From: Marsupella aquatica
Taxonomy: Eukaryota; Plantae; Marchantiophyta
DNA length: 64,000 nucleotides
NCBI GenBank assembly: GCA_973895155.1
Contig: OZ316892.1
Span: 3,661,223 to 3,725,222 of the forward strand
Reading direction: 5' to 3'
Below, piece by piece: positions 36,801 to 51,160 of the stretch. Under the pieces are notes generated by a model. It was given only the letters and a program-made list of their open reading frames with translations, was not told where the DNA came from and made no database searches. Made by a program: the position numbers and the translations under genes. Each line of letters begins with the position of its first letter. Positions within the stretch are counted from its first letter, which is position 1.

Positions 36801-38896
36801 CAGGGTTCACCACCGGCTTCACAGGCTGCTGAATTGATCACAGGACAAACCCAATGTAAACCTTAACTGTAGGGTATCGGGATTTCACTAACACACCTCC
36901 AGTTAAGAAAGACACGACTGTGAACGACCCTCATCCTGTAAAAGTACTAGCTACTGATAATGTATGCAACTACCTCTTCTTCGTCAGAGTCTTCCTCCTC
37001 GCTATCGTCTTCTTCCTCGCTGCTTTCTTCTTTAGCTGCAGGCTTAGCTGCAGCTTTGATGGTAGCAGGTTTCACCACTGACTTCACAGGCTGTTTGATT
37101 GATCACAATACAGAGACCCAAATTAAAATTAACTGAAGGGTATTGGCAATGCACTACTACGAACGACAACACCCACATTCTAAAGAAGAACCAGCTACTC
37201 ATAATGTATGCAACTACCTCTTCTTCATCAGAGTCTTCCTCCTCGCTTTCATCTTCTTCCTCACTGCTTTCTTCTACAGCTGCAGCCTTAGCTGCAGATT
37301 TGGTGGTAGCAGGTTTCACCACTGGCTTCACAGGCTGTCGAAATTTATCATAAGACAGAAACCCAACTTTAAAATTGTACAAGAGCAGGTTTTGCCACTG
37401 GCTTCACAGGCTGCCGAGGTTCATAATGAGACAGAATCACAATTTAAAATAGAACAAGAACAGTACAAAAAATCTCCCAAACATCAACACTCTGTCCCCT
37501 CCAGACATCCATGCCAACAGCTGTCATTCGAGGAAACTCCTCGCTGTGACGCTCCTACCTCTTCTTCCTCGTCACTACTGTCATCCTCATCTTCGTCGTC
37601 ACTATCGACCTCCATCTTAGCAGGTGCCTTTGCTACCGCCTTGGTCACGAGTTTAGCTGCTGGTTTGGCGGCGGGCTGCATACAGATGAGTGCATTATCA
37701 AAACTACGTTGTGGGATCCTTGACTATGACAGCACTGGAAGAGTCTACAGACAACCTGCAATAAAATCAGAATCTAAGTCCCATGCAACGCGCCTGAAAT
37801 GAGATCCCGTCCTTACCTTCTCATCTTCCGACGAGTCGTCATCGTCGGAATCCTCATCTGAGCTCTCTTCGACGACGGGTTTACCATTCTTCGCTGCGGT
37901 TTTGACAAGCGCAGCTGCAGCGCCGTTCTCAACCATCTCCTCATCCGAATCATCTTCGTCGCTGCTCTCTATAACAACAGGCTTCTTGGCGGCGGTTTTG
38001 GCTGCAGCCGGGGTAGCCTTCTTGGCGACAACCGGGGGAACCTGCTCAACAAACGTACTTCATGCTTCAGTTGAATCCAGCATACGCCCTCATCCTCTTG
38101 ATACACACTCAGAATTCCAGTTCAAAATACTAATAGATTAATTCCTCTCGTACCTCCTCTTCCGAATCGGATTCCTCCTCTGAGGAACTCTCCTTCGCTG
38201 GAGGGGGGGGTGGAGGTGCCTTCTTCTGCTGCTTGGTCTTCTTAGAAGGGGGTGGTGGGGTGTCCACGACCTCTTCGGCAGCCCTCTTACCTGCACCATT
38301 CGCAAATCCACAAGAATTTCAGGTTGAAAAGGTCAACAGCGTCACAACATAACCGGAACTCAAAGCATCAACACAGTGGGATATGCCCGAGCATTCACAA
38401 CAAAAATACAGGGAGGGAAAAGACGGCGCGAGAAGGCACCCTACCTCCCTTCTTCTTCTTCTCGGGCTCTACCTTCACGATAGGCGCAGCAACCTGTGAG
38501 AGCAAAATGTAAAAGTGAGACGCCAGGCCTTTACAGTTCTCGCTCTATAAATCCTTAGCTGGGGGTAACCCTCGACTCAACTAGGACATCACTACAACGC
38601 CAGTCCTCGTAAACAACGAGAAAGAGCAAACGAAAACCACTTCCATCACATTTCACCTCACTGATAACGCATAGATAAGAGCAAACACAACAGAGGCTAC
38701 GCAGACTGTTTGCTACTCAAGGAACTGTGCTTATCACGAGCCGCCGCATACCCTAATTGGTTAAACCCTACATGGACCAACAAATTACTGTCGGACGCCA
38801 CAGATACAACACACATGGACGACAAACTGCCGCTCCCAAGCAGAAAAGACGAGCGATTCGACGTACCTCGACCGTTTTTTTCTTAGACTTGCCCAT
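33858..38896 (-). CDS. NUCL: Nucleolin (NUC-L/NSR1 family), multi-exon
   Basis: Start MGKSKKK at 38896, then alternating K/A/P-rich and acidic S/D/E exons. RRM1 (TIFIRNL...RGFGHVEF), RRM2 (AFVKGFD...KGFAYIEF), GAR/RGG tail and terminal GKKIKFGDD* at 33858. Canonical GT-AG introns. Confidence 0.95.
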
Positions 38897-39759
38897 CGCA
38901 GAAGCACAACTCTCAACACCTAACAAGAAATGTAAGTCGTGCCGCCAGTCCTGCAAACAGAAACCATAAACCCCAAACCCTTAAAAACCCTTCCTGCTCG
39001 CGCAACCGCAACGACAACAAAACGGCTCGAATAAACACGGGAACAAAACCCTCGAGCTTCACTGCAGAATCTCACCAAGCAAGAATGTCCTCGTCAACTA
39101 ATCTAAACGACTCCTCCGCTCTGCGGCCAATACATCCATCCTTCTATGCAAAACACGGAAGAAGAGAGACGAGAAGACACCCACAATACCTCGGAGAGCT
39201 ATCTTCGTGAAGGAGCTGATGCGGGTCAGCTCAGCGAAAGAAATAAAGAACGAATACGGGCCTAGAGGTGAAGGAGAAATGTCCACGGGAGGTGAACGAG
39301 GAGGACGAATTACAAAGACGGAGGCGGAAAATTTGCCTCTTCACAGCAAAAGCTCGGTGATCAGTCGCCTCTCCCAAACCTCGACCCTAAAACGAACGAA
39401 TCTGTTCGCGTCCGAACGCACTCTGAAGAATACCGAAAGGGGGCGAGGAACGCGAACGGGAGATTGCGAAGGAATGAAAGCGTACGAGAGAGTAACCGCG
39501 ACGGAGCGAAAGCGAAAGCGAAAGAAGGGACGCAACGGAGCGACCGCAAAGGTGGGGGTCCTTTGGCGGCGGCCGCTACCCTGAATGAGTGGGAGGTTTC
39601 CATGCTCTCCCTCCTCCCCTACCTCCCCTCCCAGTCACACAATGGACACATGACATCAGCAACAAGCTGTTCCCACACTAGAATTGGAGTACCGCTGTGC
39701 GACTGTGCCATCTTGGTTAGCTCAATCAACAAATAGTGATTATATTTGTGAATCCCAAA

Positions 39760-39850
39760 TTAGCCCAACTTTTTTTCTAGGTTAGCCCAATGTTTTTCTT
39801 GGTTAGCCCAACGTTTTTCTAGGTTAGCCCAATTTTTCAGTCGAGCCCAA
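39760..39850 (-). promoter_or_regulatory. Cluster of five site II-like motifs (TGGGCT) upstream of nucleolin
   Basis: agcccaa occurs five times at ~20-bp spacing. Telo-box-like aaaccct/accctaa motifs lie at about 38975, 39046 and 39384. Confidence 0.45.
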
Positions 39851-41784
39851 AATCTTTCCAGGTTTTACAAGGACACCAAAATATCTTTTTAGTTAGTACT
39901 TGTGAAATCTAGAAGTGATTTTGTGACTTAAATTATAAAAATATTCTAAGCATCCTGGTGTTACCACTGCCTATCATTGTCTACACTAGATTGTAAATGA
40001 AGAATGAAAAAGGGGAGGATGATATTCAGGCCTTGCACTATTTCCTAAAAAGATAAAATCAATGTTTTAGCAAGTCCTGCGAAAAGCAGCTTGGCATAAC
40101 TGTAGAATTGAAATACAGTCTAGGGATGAAATGCATGATTGCAACTTGCATACGTACAAAAAATGTTTCAAGTGCAAGGTGGAGGCTTCTTCCCCAATAC
40201 TGCCTCCACTTTTGCACCTATCAATAGTTTCTCTTACTATTTTTGGACAGCAATGCAAGTTGGGTCTCCCTAGATCATAAATATGTAAGTGCAAACCTTG
40301 GGGGTTTCATTTCCATGAAAAAGACACATCCTGTACAATGAAGTATAAGCACTTTTTTTTGGTTCTAAGGGAATATTACAAGAATTTTGTGGAAAAACAT
40401 TAGGGTCTATTAACCCAATTTTGACATTTATACGAAAAGACTATGTTTTCATAAGTCATTCTTGGAAGATTCAAGGTTAATTGGGGTTAAGATTCAAAAA
40501 ATATATTCACAGGTCGGAAACACAACCTTTTTACGTTGTCACCATAAACCTATCTCATATGTTTTTGAAGTTTAGAGTGTACCATACCTAAAAATGGCAC
40601 AAGTGATGTGAGAGGCTCCATATAGTGAGACCCCTGAGGTGTAAAACATGGATAAGTGTATACTTGCAATTTCCCACAAATGGATTAGGGTGGAGAATGC
40701 CTTCATGGTGATAGAGGACATCTTTATATAGAGTATAATTGTATTACAATAATTCATGAAATACATTGGAGGCACTAGCCATTGTCTAGGCATAGATAAG
40801 AGGAATCATGTTTTGGACATAGATGACAACATTACAAACATACTTATATACCAAACTTTTACTTATCGATCACATCACAGATTGGATAAATATAATTAAT
40901 GTTAGGGCCAAACTGGAGATTGTGTACATATATTACTTAGTTATATATTTTGATTTAATATGACTCATTCTATTCTATTAGACCTTAGGTGAAGGTGAAG
41001 GTGAAGGTTGTTAGGGATTGACTCTGGTTTTAATTGCAGCTAGTTTGATCTTACTATGGTTAGTTTGCTAACCTTGATTAGTCAAAGATAAGATTTGCCT
41101 AGACCCACACGTCTTAAAGAGCCAGGTTAGGCATTCTCTTTCTGATTCTTCACATATATTCTCTAATGCTCTGGATTCTTCAAGAGTTTTTCCATCTAAG
41201 TGCCTTTATGATTTAGTGCGAGATTTGACTGGAGTCTCATGTTCCACAATTTTTGTTACCTAATCTAATTTGTCAGGTTTCTTACATAAATGTCACCTGC
41301 TTGGGCAAAAGTGCACTCATTGTCTGTGCCCAATACTCCATGACCTTTCCTCTATAACCCTCCAAGGCTATGGGTATTTGTACACTAAACTCACGGGAGG
41401 TTGGATGGGGCTTCCATTCAAACCCTTTCAACTCAAATGGGAGACCAAAATGCTGGTTGTGTGATTATCCAGCTTTTACTTCAAATCCATATCATCTAGT
41501 TTTTTTCAGATGATAGTGACTCCAATCCACTTGTGACAAGACTAGCAAGAAGCAGAAACAATAACCTAAGGGGCCACAGGGGAGCCACAAAACACCTCAA
41601 TGCTGCTAGCTCACACTAAAACTCAAATCACCAAGAAAGGACCTTAGGCCAGGACTGAATTCACATCATTGAGTTAATATACAGGTGCATTCCATGGAAT
41701 TATATAAACTTAGGAGTCCTATCTAAGTATACTGTTTTGGACAGAGATCCCATACAAGTAAACACAAATAGCTTAAAAGGACGA

Positions 41785-42160
41785 AATCAAAGCTCCCATA
41801 GACCACAACGTTTGCCACCATGGTCAGATGAACTCTTGAAAGTCACATGGACCATCTTGAAATGTTTATTCTGACTCAGATAACACCATTCGTTGAAAAA
41901 AAAACACTGCAATAGGATGAAACCAAAGCTCCATAGCCCACAATGTTTGCCACGATAGTCAGATGAACTGTTAAAACTCACATGAACTGTCTTGAAATGT
42001 CTAATATTCTTACTCAGATAATACCTTGTAGATGAACAGAAATATCACAATAGGATGAAACTAAAGGTCCCATAGACCACAACAATTGCCACTATGGTCA
42101 GATGGACTCTTAAAACTCACAGGAATCATCTTGAAATGTTTATTCTTACTCCAATAACAC
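41785..42160. repeat. Three diverged ~137-bp tandem repeats
   Basis: ccatagaccacaac..ttgccac.atggtcagatgaactctt.aaa.tcaca...tcttgaaatgt recurs three times. Confidence 0.85.
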
Positions 42161-43206
42161 CTTTTTGCTATACAATGCTCACATTTTTGGGTGTCAATTA
42201 GTGTCTGGTCCATGGAGATTAGGTCAATGATGGCATTTAAACAGAGAATTCAATTAAATAGTCAAAAACCCTAAAAAATAAGCCATAATAATATTATGGG
42301 TTTCCATTGTAAGTTGGTACTTATCAGCCATTGTCTCTAGCTTTTTTACCATAACCACTGTCCCTCAAGCAAAACCTGGTTGATCCAGGTTACCAACTTT
42401 AGTCATAATATTCTTAAACCATTAAGTGAAAAAGTGCACCATGTTCTCCTTCCCAACCCTGGTGGATGGTGACTGTTTTTTAAATCCTGTGACTTTCTTT
42501 TTTATCTAGCATTTGTTGCTCATTCACCTCAGTACTAATTTTAATACTGGTTTAGGTTTAGCAGGGTGCTGGTTTGTTTATTGTTTGTGCGCATTTGTGT
42601 GGATGGGTTGGGGGGAGGGGGAGAGAGCTTGGGTTGGTGTAGGGTTGGTTTAGGGCTAGGTTGTATGTTTAATCCCATGCAGGAGAGAGAGGGTAAATCA
42701 TGGCCAGACAACTGACACCTAGGAAAACAGTAACAAGTGTTCAACAATATAGGGTTAGAGAGATATACGAAGGGGGAGAAGTATTATTGATTCACATCCA
42801 CTCTGAGAAGTACTCCCTCCTCCCTCTTTAGGATTGCAATGTTTATACTTCAAGTAGAGGGAAGGCTTGATTCTGATATACCTTGCAACCGGTGTAATTA
42901 ATTTTCCTCAAATGCTGCTTGTGCCCTGTAAATGTACTATTCCATAGTGCCATCCCAGTTTGGGCAGTAAATAAATAAATGCTAAAAATCTGGACCTGAC
43001 TAGCAAATTATGTTGGGGTGGTCGTGAATCTCATGTACATTCTGAGAATATTCTAAGCATTCCGGTGTAAACACTGACTTGGGTTTATGCAGAGTTCTTA
43101 AAATTAAAAAATGAGAACAGGAGAAGAATATATTGGCCTTGAGTTATTTACTGCAATAATTAATTATTTCTTGCAGGTCCTGCTCTAACCGGCACTATGG
43201 TACCCA

Positions 43207-43458
43207 GGACCAGAGGGGTGGCATGGGAATACCTGTACCCCTTGCACATGGAACCTAGCCCTTATTAGAATTCAGTATAGCGTGGGAAACATAGGGGTTA
43301 CATGAGATCCTGGTGAGATTGGAGATTGGTGCTGGACCAGAGGGGTGGCATGGGAATACCTGTACCCCTTGCACATGGAACCTAGCCCTTATTAGAATTC
43401 AGTGTAGCGTGGGAGACATAGGGGTTACAAGAGATCCTGGTGAGATTGGAGATTGGTG
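43207..43458. repeat. 2 x 127-bp tandem duplication
   Basis: ggaccagaggggtggcatgggaatacctgtacccc...gagattggtg at 43207 and 43334. Confidence 0.9.
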
Positions 43459-45511
43459 ATGGAGCAACATATTCAACATTGGCTCCTGAAGCCCCAAGGA
43501 ACCAAACTTTGTATTTGAACAAGCCCCAATAGCTGCCACAAGTTTGTTACCAAGGCCCGCCAAAGTAAACCCCAAACATGCTAAGTGTTCCATCAGATAA
43601 CCCTAGTTACCATGAGAAGTGTTAATGTGAAGTACAACTGTAATATAGAGCCCATACAACCATAGATGAGTGCAGGCTCCTGGAAAGATGCCAACAGGCA
43701 GCACTTATCCACACTGTATCTCTTATGCACTCCTCCATATGTGCATGGTCCGCACTACTTATTAAGTGCATGCGAAATTGCTTGTGCAGTTCCCCAAATG
43801 TAGTCAGGTTGCATACATTGGATACCTCATACCCCGAGCCCTCATACCACATGATTCAACTGGATAGGTGCATAAAGTTTGTTTATGTAGTTGTCTGTTG
43901 TACTTATCAATACATCCTTCTTTTGAATGTCTTCCAATACTGGATAAATGCATGTAAATTTTTAGGCAAAAGTGCACTTATGTATTGTCATCTAGCGCAG
44001 TTCTTTTGTCATTTATTGAAATCACCCTGCACTTCTGCAAACTGCATTTCTTGGCACAGTTATGAAGGAATTCATTCTAATATCAAGGAACTACTTGGCT
44101 GACCTGCACTTCACCACAGAATGCACTTATCCATGATACACTTATCCATCATGCACTTTAGGTGGCCGTTGACTGTACATGCCAAATGTACCATCCATAA
44201 GACTAATTACCAGGAGAAGTGTCAATAATTCTAGACACTAATTGCAATGATCGATGTAGATCCTTTTCAGTGGTAGCCATCACTTGCCATGAAGAAAAAA
44301 GAAGAATGCACACATTCCTGCGATGAATTAGATGTGACACTATACAAACTATAAGAGCAACCACACCGGAAGTGTATTTCCTCCCATATCCAGGCTGGAG
44401 GTGTTTTCCCGGTTGCTCCAGCGGTAGGCATTACCAAATGTTTTCCAGACTGCTGCGCTTTAAAATTTCCAGACTGGAATTTGTTGCATTTTTCCAAGTC
44501 TGCCAAACCACATCTACGGGTCTCGGTGCACCACATATTTACATTTCCTGCCTCCATCTGCATTCCCTCATTTTTATAAAATTGGTGCCAATTCCTGTCG
44601 AGAGCTCTGCGCATTTACGAAAGCACCGGTGCAATGTGGTTTGTCCACCCGGACACTATCGGGATGCAGGCCATATCGAGCATGCCAAAATTTTCCCTTT
44701 GACAAGATCAGGCCACAAAACCGCACAAAACCGATGGTGATGCTCTAACAAAGGTCATTTTTGGTGTTATCGACTCTTACGTACCAAGACACAACGGGGT
44801 GAATTGGCAAAAAAAAAAACACAAGGGTTACTGCGGTAGAGCCACCACCAAGGGGAAGGCACTTGGTTTGTTGAGAAGAGATATCTCATTTTACAATTAA
44901 GCCAACTCAGTACGAGGCAAGGGTACAGACATGTCCAGGCACTACAAGCTTCAATCCCAATGAAGATTCTTCTCTAAAGATTGTCCATTCATTTGTGGCG
45001 CTAACTTGATAATATCAATGGTAGAAGAAATCCAGAATAATTTCACAAGGTCACTGTTCCACACCAATCCAGTTGTGCTCTTTATAAGCTATCAACTCAG
45101 CATCGAGTCAAAACGTTTCTCCATTAAAGTACCTCACTAAAGTCCTCAGCATCAAGAAGGCAGATTTCAAGTTCACCCACTTTCACTGCCCAGGACTTTA
45201 AGATCCACTACGAATCCTAACATGAAAGCAGACTAGTAGACAAAAAATCCAAGCACACTAAACGTGCGAGGTGACAGCGTTCCTTCGCGAAAAGTGTTGG
45301 TGACCTCGCAGCACAGATGGTTCCACAAGAGAAAATACCATACTCCAACATTGCCTCCAGAAATGAGACCACTGGGCCAATCTTCCTTGCACTGAACAGA
45401 AATGGACACAGAAATTAATGCTACTACGTCTACATTCAATGCTTTCTTTACAGGTGTAGGAAAATTGTCAAGTATGATACAGGGGGCCAATCATTGCCCA
45501 AGAAGGATTTT

Positions 45512-48500
45512 CTATCTAGAGGACCCGGCCTGTGCCTTTCTGACGAGCTTTAAAAGCTCGGCACTCATGTCTGCTAAGGAGATGGGTTTGAGAACAATGC
45601 CGTCCATTCCAATCTTGAGACACCGGTCACGAGTGTCCTTATCGGTGTTAGCTGTTAGGGCCACCACCAAAGGCCGCTCCTCTGGCCGGAACCTTTGCCT
45701 GATGCGTATGGCAACTTCGTATCCATCCATCTCTGGCATGCAAAGATCCAATAAAAGCACCTCAAATCTTTCAGAGCTGCCCGCTTGAGCTAGGGTTGCT
45801 AAGCATTGATGCCCAGATTCCACGACCGTTGTTTTACAACCCAACCGATCTAATAACCTTCGTGTTACAATTCTGTTGACACTATTGTCATCCGTCACCA
45901 AGACCTTCAAGCCCTTGAGGTCTATAGTGGCAGCCTGCTCATCCCGTGATGATTGTGCTCGGTTGGCTGGCGTTGGGGATGGCATCAGCTGGAGTCTGAC
46001 AATGAAGGTCACAGTGGCCCCTTTCCCAAGACCATCGCTCTCAATCCATATGTGACCGTGCATGAGCTGCCATACATGAACAAAACAATCTCATTCAAAG
46101 GGAATCGAAAACCCCACGACTGACAACATCATGCACTAATTTGGGGACCAACTTTCTGTTCCTATAGAGAACCAAGAGACTATCATCATTTGTGTCAACC
46201 CTTGCATGATAATAGTTATCCTCAACTTAAATCGATATTTTTACAACAAAGACAGATCTGCAATGTTCATGACGAAATTAACACTGAGACAAAACTGAGG
46301 ACCACCTTCAGAAAGGGCGAGCAACAGACTAAACGAAAGAGAGAAAAATGATTGAAGAATAGAGTTTTCGGACACATTTCAAGCGCATTGACCGTCGAGA
46401 GCAAATAGACGAAGGAGTGTACCTGCACAAATTTCTTGCAGATTGCCAGTCCCAATCCTGTGCCACCATAGTTTCGGGTAGTTGTACTGTCAGCCTGTAC
46501 AAACTTGTGAAAGAGACGAGGTATGTCACTGTCCCTTACTCCGAGTCCAGTGTCCTGTACCTCAATACGAATGTAGACGTATCCTTCACACATTGTGGGC
46601 CTCCAAGAAGGATTTAGAGGATCCCATCTCCCATTACCTTTTTCTACACTGATGAGCACAGAAACATCTCCTGTTTTGGTGAATTTAACAGCATTGCCCA
46701 CCACATTCAAAGAAGTTTGTAGGAGTCGTTTCTCATCGCCAATGACCATTGTTGGAACATCATCAGCAATCTCAAAGAAAAAATCTAAACCCTTGCCCCT
46801 GGCCATGGGCTTTGCCAAGTTTCCGGCTTCCCTTAAAACAGTTGGTAGATCAAATGGTGCCAGCTCAAGAACGAGGCTTCCATCTTCTAAACGTGAAAAG
46901 TCTAGCACGTCATTGATCAAAGTGGAGAGAAGGCTGCTGCTTTTCACAACTGTGTCCACCATGGCCCGTTGCTCTATATTGAGAGCACCTTCCTGTAATA
47001 ACGAAGAAAGAGCAATGATTGCATGCATTGGAGTGCGCATTTCATGATTCATAACTGCAAGAAAATCATTTCTGGCCCTTATAGCTGTTTCTGCTTCCTG
47101 TCTCGCGAGCTGTAATGCTTTGTTTTGCTCGATCAGCTTGTCCCTTGTACGCTGGGAATCCTCCAACACTGCAGCGTGAGAGAGTGCAACTGCCACCTGT
47201 ACCAATAGCGCGAGAGAGTCCAACGTTAGCACAGGAAAATAATTGAAATATAGCAGAAAGGGGATCATCGAGTAGAAGGCATGGGAATAGACCCTACCAC
47301 GTCCATTAATTCTAAGCAGACCCAATCTAATCTAAGCTATCAAGAAAAACTCTTACGGACTAGATCACGCACAGTTAATACCCTTCCACAACGTTCCCAG
47401 AACATCTGTCGAAATACAATGGTCAAAATCTCTAGAACATGCTGAGCACCCACATAGTCTCTTATCGTGAGAAGAAGGGCACAAGAAGAAATTGTATTCT
47501 TATCTTACCTGATCTGCGACAACCTCAATCATCTGCAGCTCATGCGGCCTCCATAGCCGTCCACTCTCGCTCGGTAGAACAAGCACCAAAATAGCATACG
47601 AGGCATGGACAACCTCTGGTGTTCCCCCCTTGAAGTTGGATACATGGAGCAAAGGTAATCTGACGGCAGCCATTGCTCCTGCCAAGTTACTGTGATTGCT
47701 TGCCCGTCCCAAGGCACAAGTAGGAGTGATAATTACAGCAGCCCTCTTCTGCACAATGGACTGCACAGAAGGATCTCCGGCAGGTATGGTTACAGGGACC
47801 TGCAATAACCTTCTCTCCAGCTCATGCGTCAATTCCAGAGCAGTACCTTCGGCATTTGGCATCCAAACCGTACAGTTCTCAAGGCTCAGTGTCTTCGCAA
47901 GCTCTACCAGAGTAGTGTTGAGAATTTTGTGTCTATCCAATGTACTTCGAATCACATGGGTCAACATCCTCACATGTCGTCCAACCTCCTCTTGAGTCCT
48001 GATAATATCCATCTCCCTATCTAGCTCTGCCGCTTTATGCTTAAGGAAGAGCTCACGAACTTTGACGTGTAAGAGTTCTGGGATGATATGCACCAGGGTA
48101 ATTGCAGTGGCACAAGAAACAAATGCTGTAAGAACTTTGAGAATTGTCTGTGTTACGACAAGGCTATACGAGTGGGGTCCAAATGTCCATATGGATACGA
48201 AATGGGTCAATCCGCACAGCACAATGAATGCGCCAAACTGGATTAGCACCCATCTAAATGGGAACATGTGTGAACAACTGACAAAATAAACGAGCTCCAG
48301 AGGAATCGAGAAGTAGGCCAACGCAATAAAGAAATCACTGGCCAGCTGGCAGCGATTCATGCCCTCGTCTGAAGGTAGATAAACGTCATCTTCACATGAG
48401 CATCCAGGGATGCTTGAAGGAGATGTAAAAGTCCCTGCGACAACTGCTGTGACCAGAGCGGTCAACAGCAGTACCATCGACTTCCACTTTTTTAAAAACT

Positions 48501-48525
48501 CCATTATAGCAGTCTTCGACTTCAT
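45512..48525 (-). CDS. ETR: Ethylene receptor (ETR family hybrid His kinase), 3 coding exons, ~781 aa
   Basis: Exons 48525-47509, 47196-46423 and 46066-45512. Ethylene-binding TM region ([16 protein letters not shown]; FIVLCGLTH with Cu-binding Cys/His), GAF domain, H-box [10 protein letters not shown]1/F/G2 boxes, and a receiver domain ([14 protein letters not shown]). An alternative start exists at 48504. Confidence 0.95.
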
Positions 48526-50989
48526 TCTCTCCGTACTGGCTCCCACAAACGAATTGTATCTGGACTCTACCTGCAAAATGACAACAAATAGAGCCTCGTA
48601 CTCGGTCATCCACGTACGAGCCTCAGCCCCCTCACCTCCTTCCATCACGTTCCCCGTGAAAGTCTAGTGCTTTACTGTAATATCTTCAGATGACCATCTC
48701 ACTAAGATCCTACTTAGTCATGAAGCTCGACTAAGCTGGCTAATAGACAATCTGAAGAGTTATGACATCAAAGATCCAGCGAACAGCGATCCTGGTGTAC
48801 AAGGCAATGAACCAGGACAGAATAGTACACTCAAACTAGCAGCTGGAAATCTATCTTTCAGCGACCCTCGGACGAAATTCACTTATCTTACATGATTTAG
48901 TAGTTGTCGTGGCTATTTGGTGATCTCAACGGATTTTGAAACATCTGTAGCATCTGCGAGTGTCACAAAGCACGCACGGGGGACGTGCCGATTCAGCCCC
49001 CACCATCTTAAATCCCATGGGTGCGGGTGGAAAGTCAAGCATCAATGGACGTTGAACATAACGGCCTCCTTTCAAATCGATAGTCTCACTGTTGAGTCCT
49101 GCAACAAAGAAGAAGTCACTTCCAGAACTGGAGAGAATACACTTGATAATTAAGGTCATCACGTAGCTCGGCACTATCTGACACTACCACCCAAACATTG
49201 AGGAAGAGTGCTTTTAGGTCCACTTACGAGCTCCAGGGAACTGAAATAAGAGTATCATGTCTTGAGTCTCCCGTAGTCCCATAAGAAAGAAATGATTTCA
49301 ACTAACAAAAGAGTTCCCAGCTTGAATCTCACCAACTTCAACACAGAGAACGGATTGAGCTCACCACACCCACAGTGACGCATGACGGAGATACCTGAGA
49401 CCCAAACGGATTCTACTCCATGACCGTATGAAGGCCTTTTGACGCCACTACCTGACCTTCCAGTGGACCGGGAAGAGTCTGATGGAGGGAAGAGGGAACC
49501 AACCTGTTCATAAAGTTGACCATGACAACCACGTGCTGTTGGCAGTGTCACAATTGAAGAACTTGCACCCAATCATGAACCGCAACTCTTTTGCTGCTGG
49601 CGAGCTATACAATGCATTCCACCTACAGACTACTCCAGAGTCCTCCACTGTTCATCCGCCCTGTTCCCCAAATCCGAAGAATATACTTCCGGTCACCACC
49701 ATTCAGAAGCAGACTGTCACCATACTACCGTGCAGGGAAGTCCGTCCTGACGGAATTCCAATCCAAAACACTAAACCTCTCCGATCTTTCGGGTAACCTC
49801 CACACAAGTGGAATCGTGTAGATCCAGAGAATCACTTCCGGATCACTCAGTCAGTCACCAGCTCCAACTCCACCCCGATCCTCAGCAACATGCACTCTTT
49901 ATCTCCGGTCGTGTCACAGTCCGTCAATCGGCCTCTCCTCGAGAACTACTCTGGTACTGCAAACACTTCCCGTGCAAAATTTCGTCGCGATCCCTCCAGA
50001 AAAATCGCAGAATCAGACCAAAACCCTAAATCCGCACGACCCACTAGCCACACTAAATGAGCTCCCCCCCGAACCTCGGCATCGTACAACTCCCCTCTTT
50101 GCTATCGCCTCCGCTTCTTCGCCTGCTCCTGGTCCTGCTCCTCGTCCGGCTCCTCTTGCAGCTGCTGACGATCAGCCACTCGCAGGGCCCTCTCTTTGCC
50201 GGACGATTTCTCTGCCTTCAGCCCGCACACTACTAGCAACCATAGCCACACCACAACGACAATCGAAACCAAAGTGACTCCTCTTTCCCATCAGCATCGA
50301 CAAAAGGAAACCCAAACCTCCACAGTCCTGTCCGCTGGGACACACCACTCCAGCGGGACCGTCGAATCCTTTCAGTGACAAGGCGAGGAGGATCATTCGT
50401 CTCACCTCGCCTTCTGCGCCCAAATGTCCAGATTCTCGCAGCTGGGTTCGATTCAAAGACTTGCTTCTTTCTTCTGTGCCCAAGGTGAGGCACGATCGAA
50501 GGCGGAAAGGCATTGACGTTATGTTGCGTCGATTATAATTATGCCGAGTGCAACCCGGCGCACAGCCGTTCGACGCAATCAACTGTACTGCGCGATGGGG
50601 AGCTCGGCCTCGCCCACCTGTCCAGCTACGTTCCGAGCAGTGGATTTTGCATAGCTCGATTCTAAGATTTCCATCGCTAGGTCTAGTACACTGGACGTCT
50701 GCTTGAGATTTTGGGGACAAGAATCCGCTCATCAAGACAAACGTTTGCCAGATTTGATTCCTCGAGGCCTCCTCATGTCTGTCGCGGTCTTCCGTGACGA
50801 TGACGTGTCGACCGTTCGCGCCCCTCATAAAGCCGCTTCTCTTGCGATATTGTCGCCCATCTATTGCCCACCTATTCGCCCAATATATCATGCTCATCCT
50901 AGAACATGCTTTACTTTTTGTCTTGTAGTGATATTAAGTGGACAAAATTAAAGAGTAAGACTAGAATACATATTAAATAAAATTAAAAA

Positions 50990-51160
50990 ATATAAATAAA
51001 GTACATGCAAAAAAGCACATAGTGACCAATGGAAAGTATAATTTTATTACACAAAGTTGCTGCAAGTTGTGCACAATGAAATCAAATAATATAAATAAAG
51101 TACATGTAATAAAAGCACATAGTAACCAATGGAAAGTACAATTTTATTACACAAAGATCC
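50990..51160. repeat. AT-rich ~100-bp tandem duplication
   Basis: ataaataaagtacatg.aa.aaaagcacatagt.accaatggaaagta.aattttattacacaaag appears twice. Confidence 0.8.

Noticed and set aside
50172-50897. 241-aa minus-strand ORF upstream of the ethylene receptor
   Set aside because: No recognisable motif; it lies in a GC-rich promoter/leader region.
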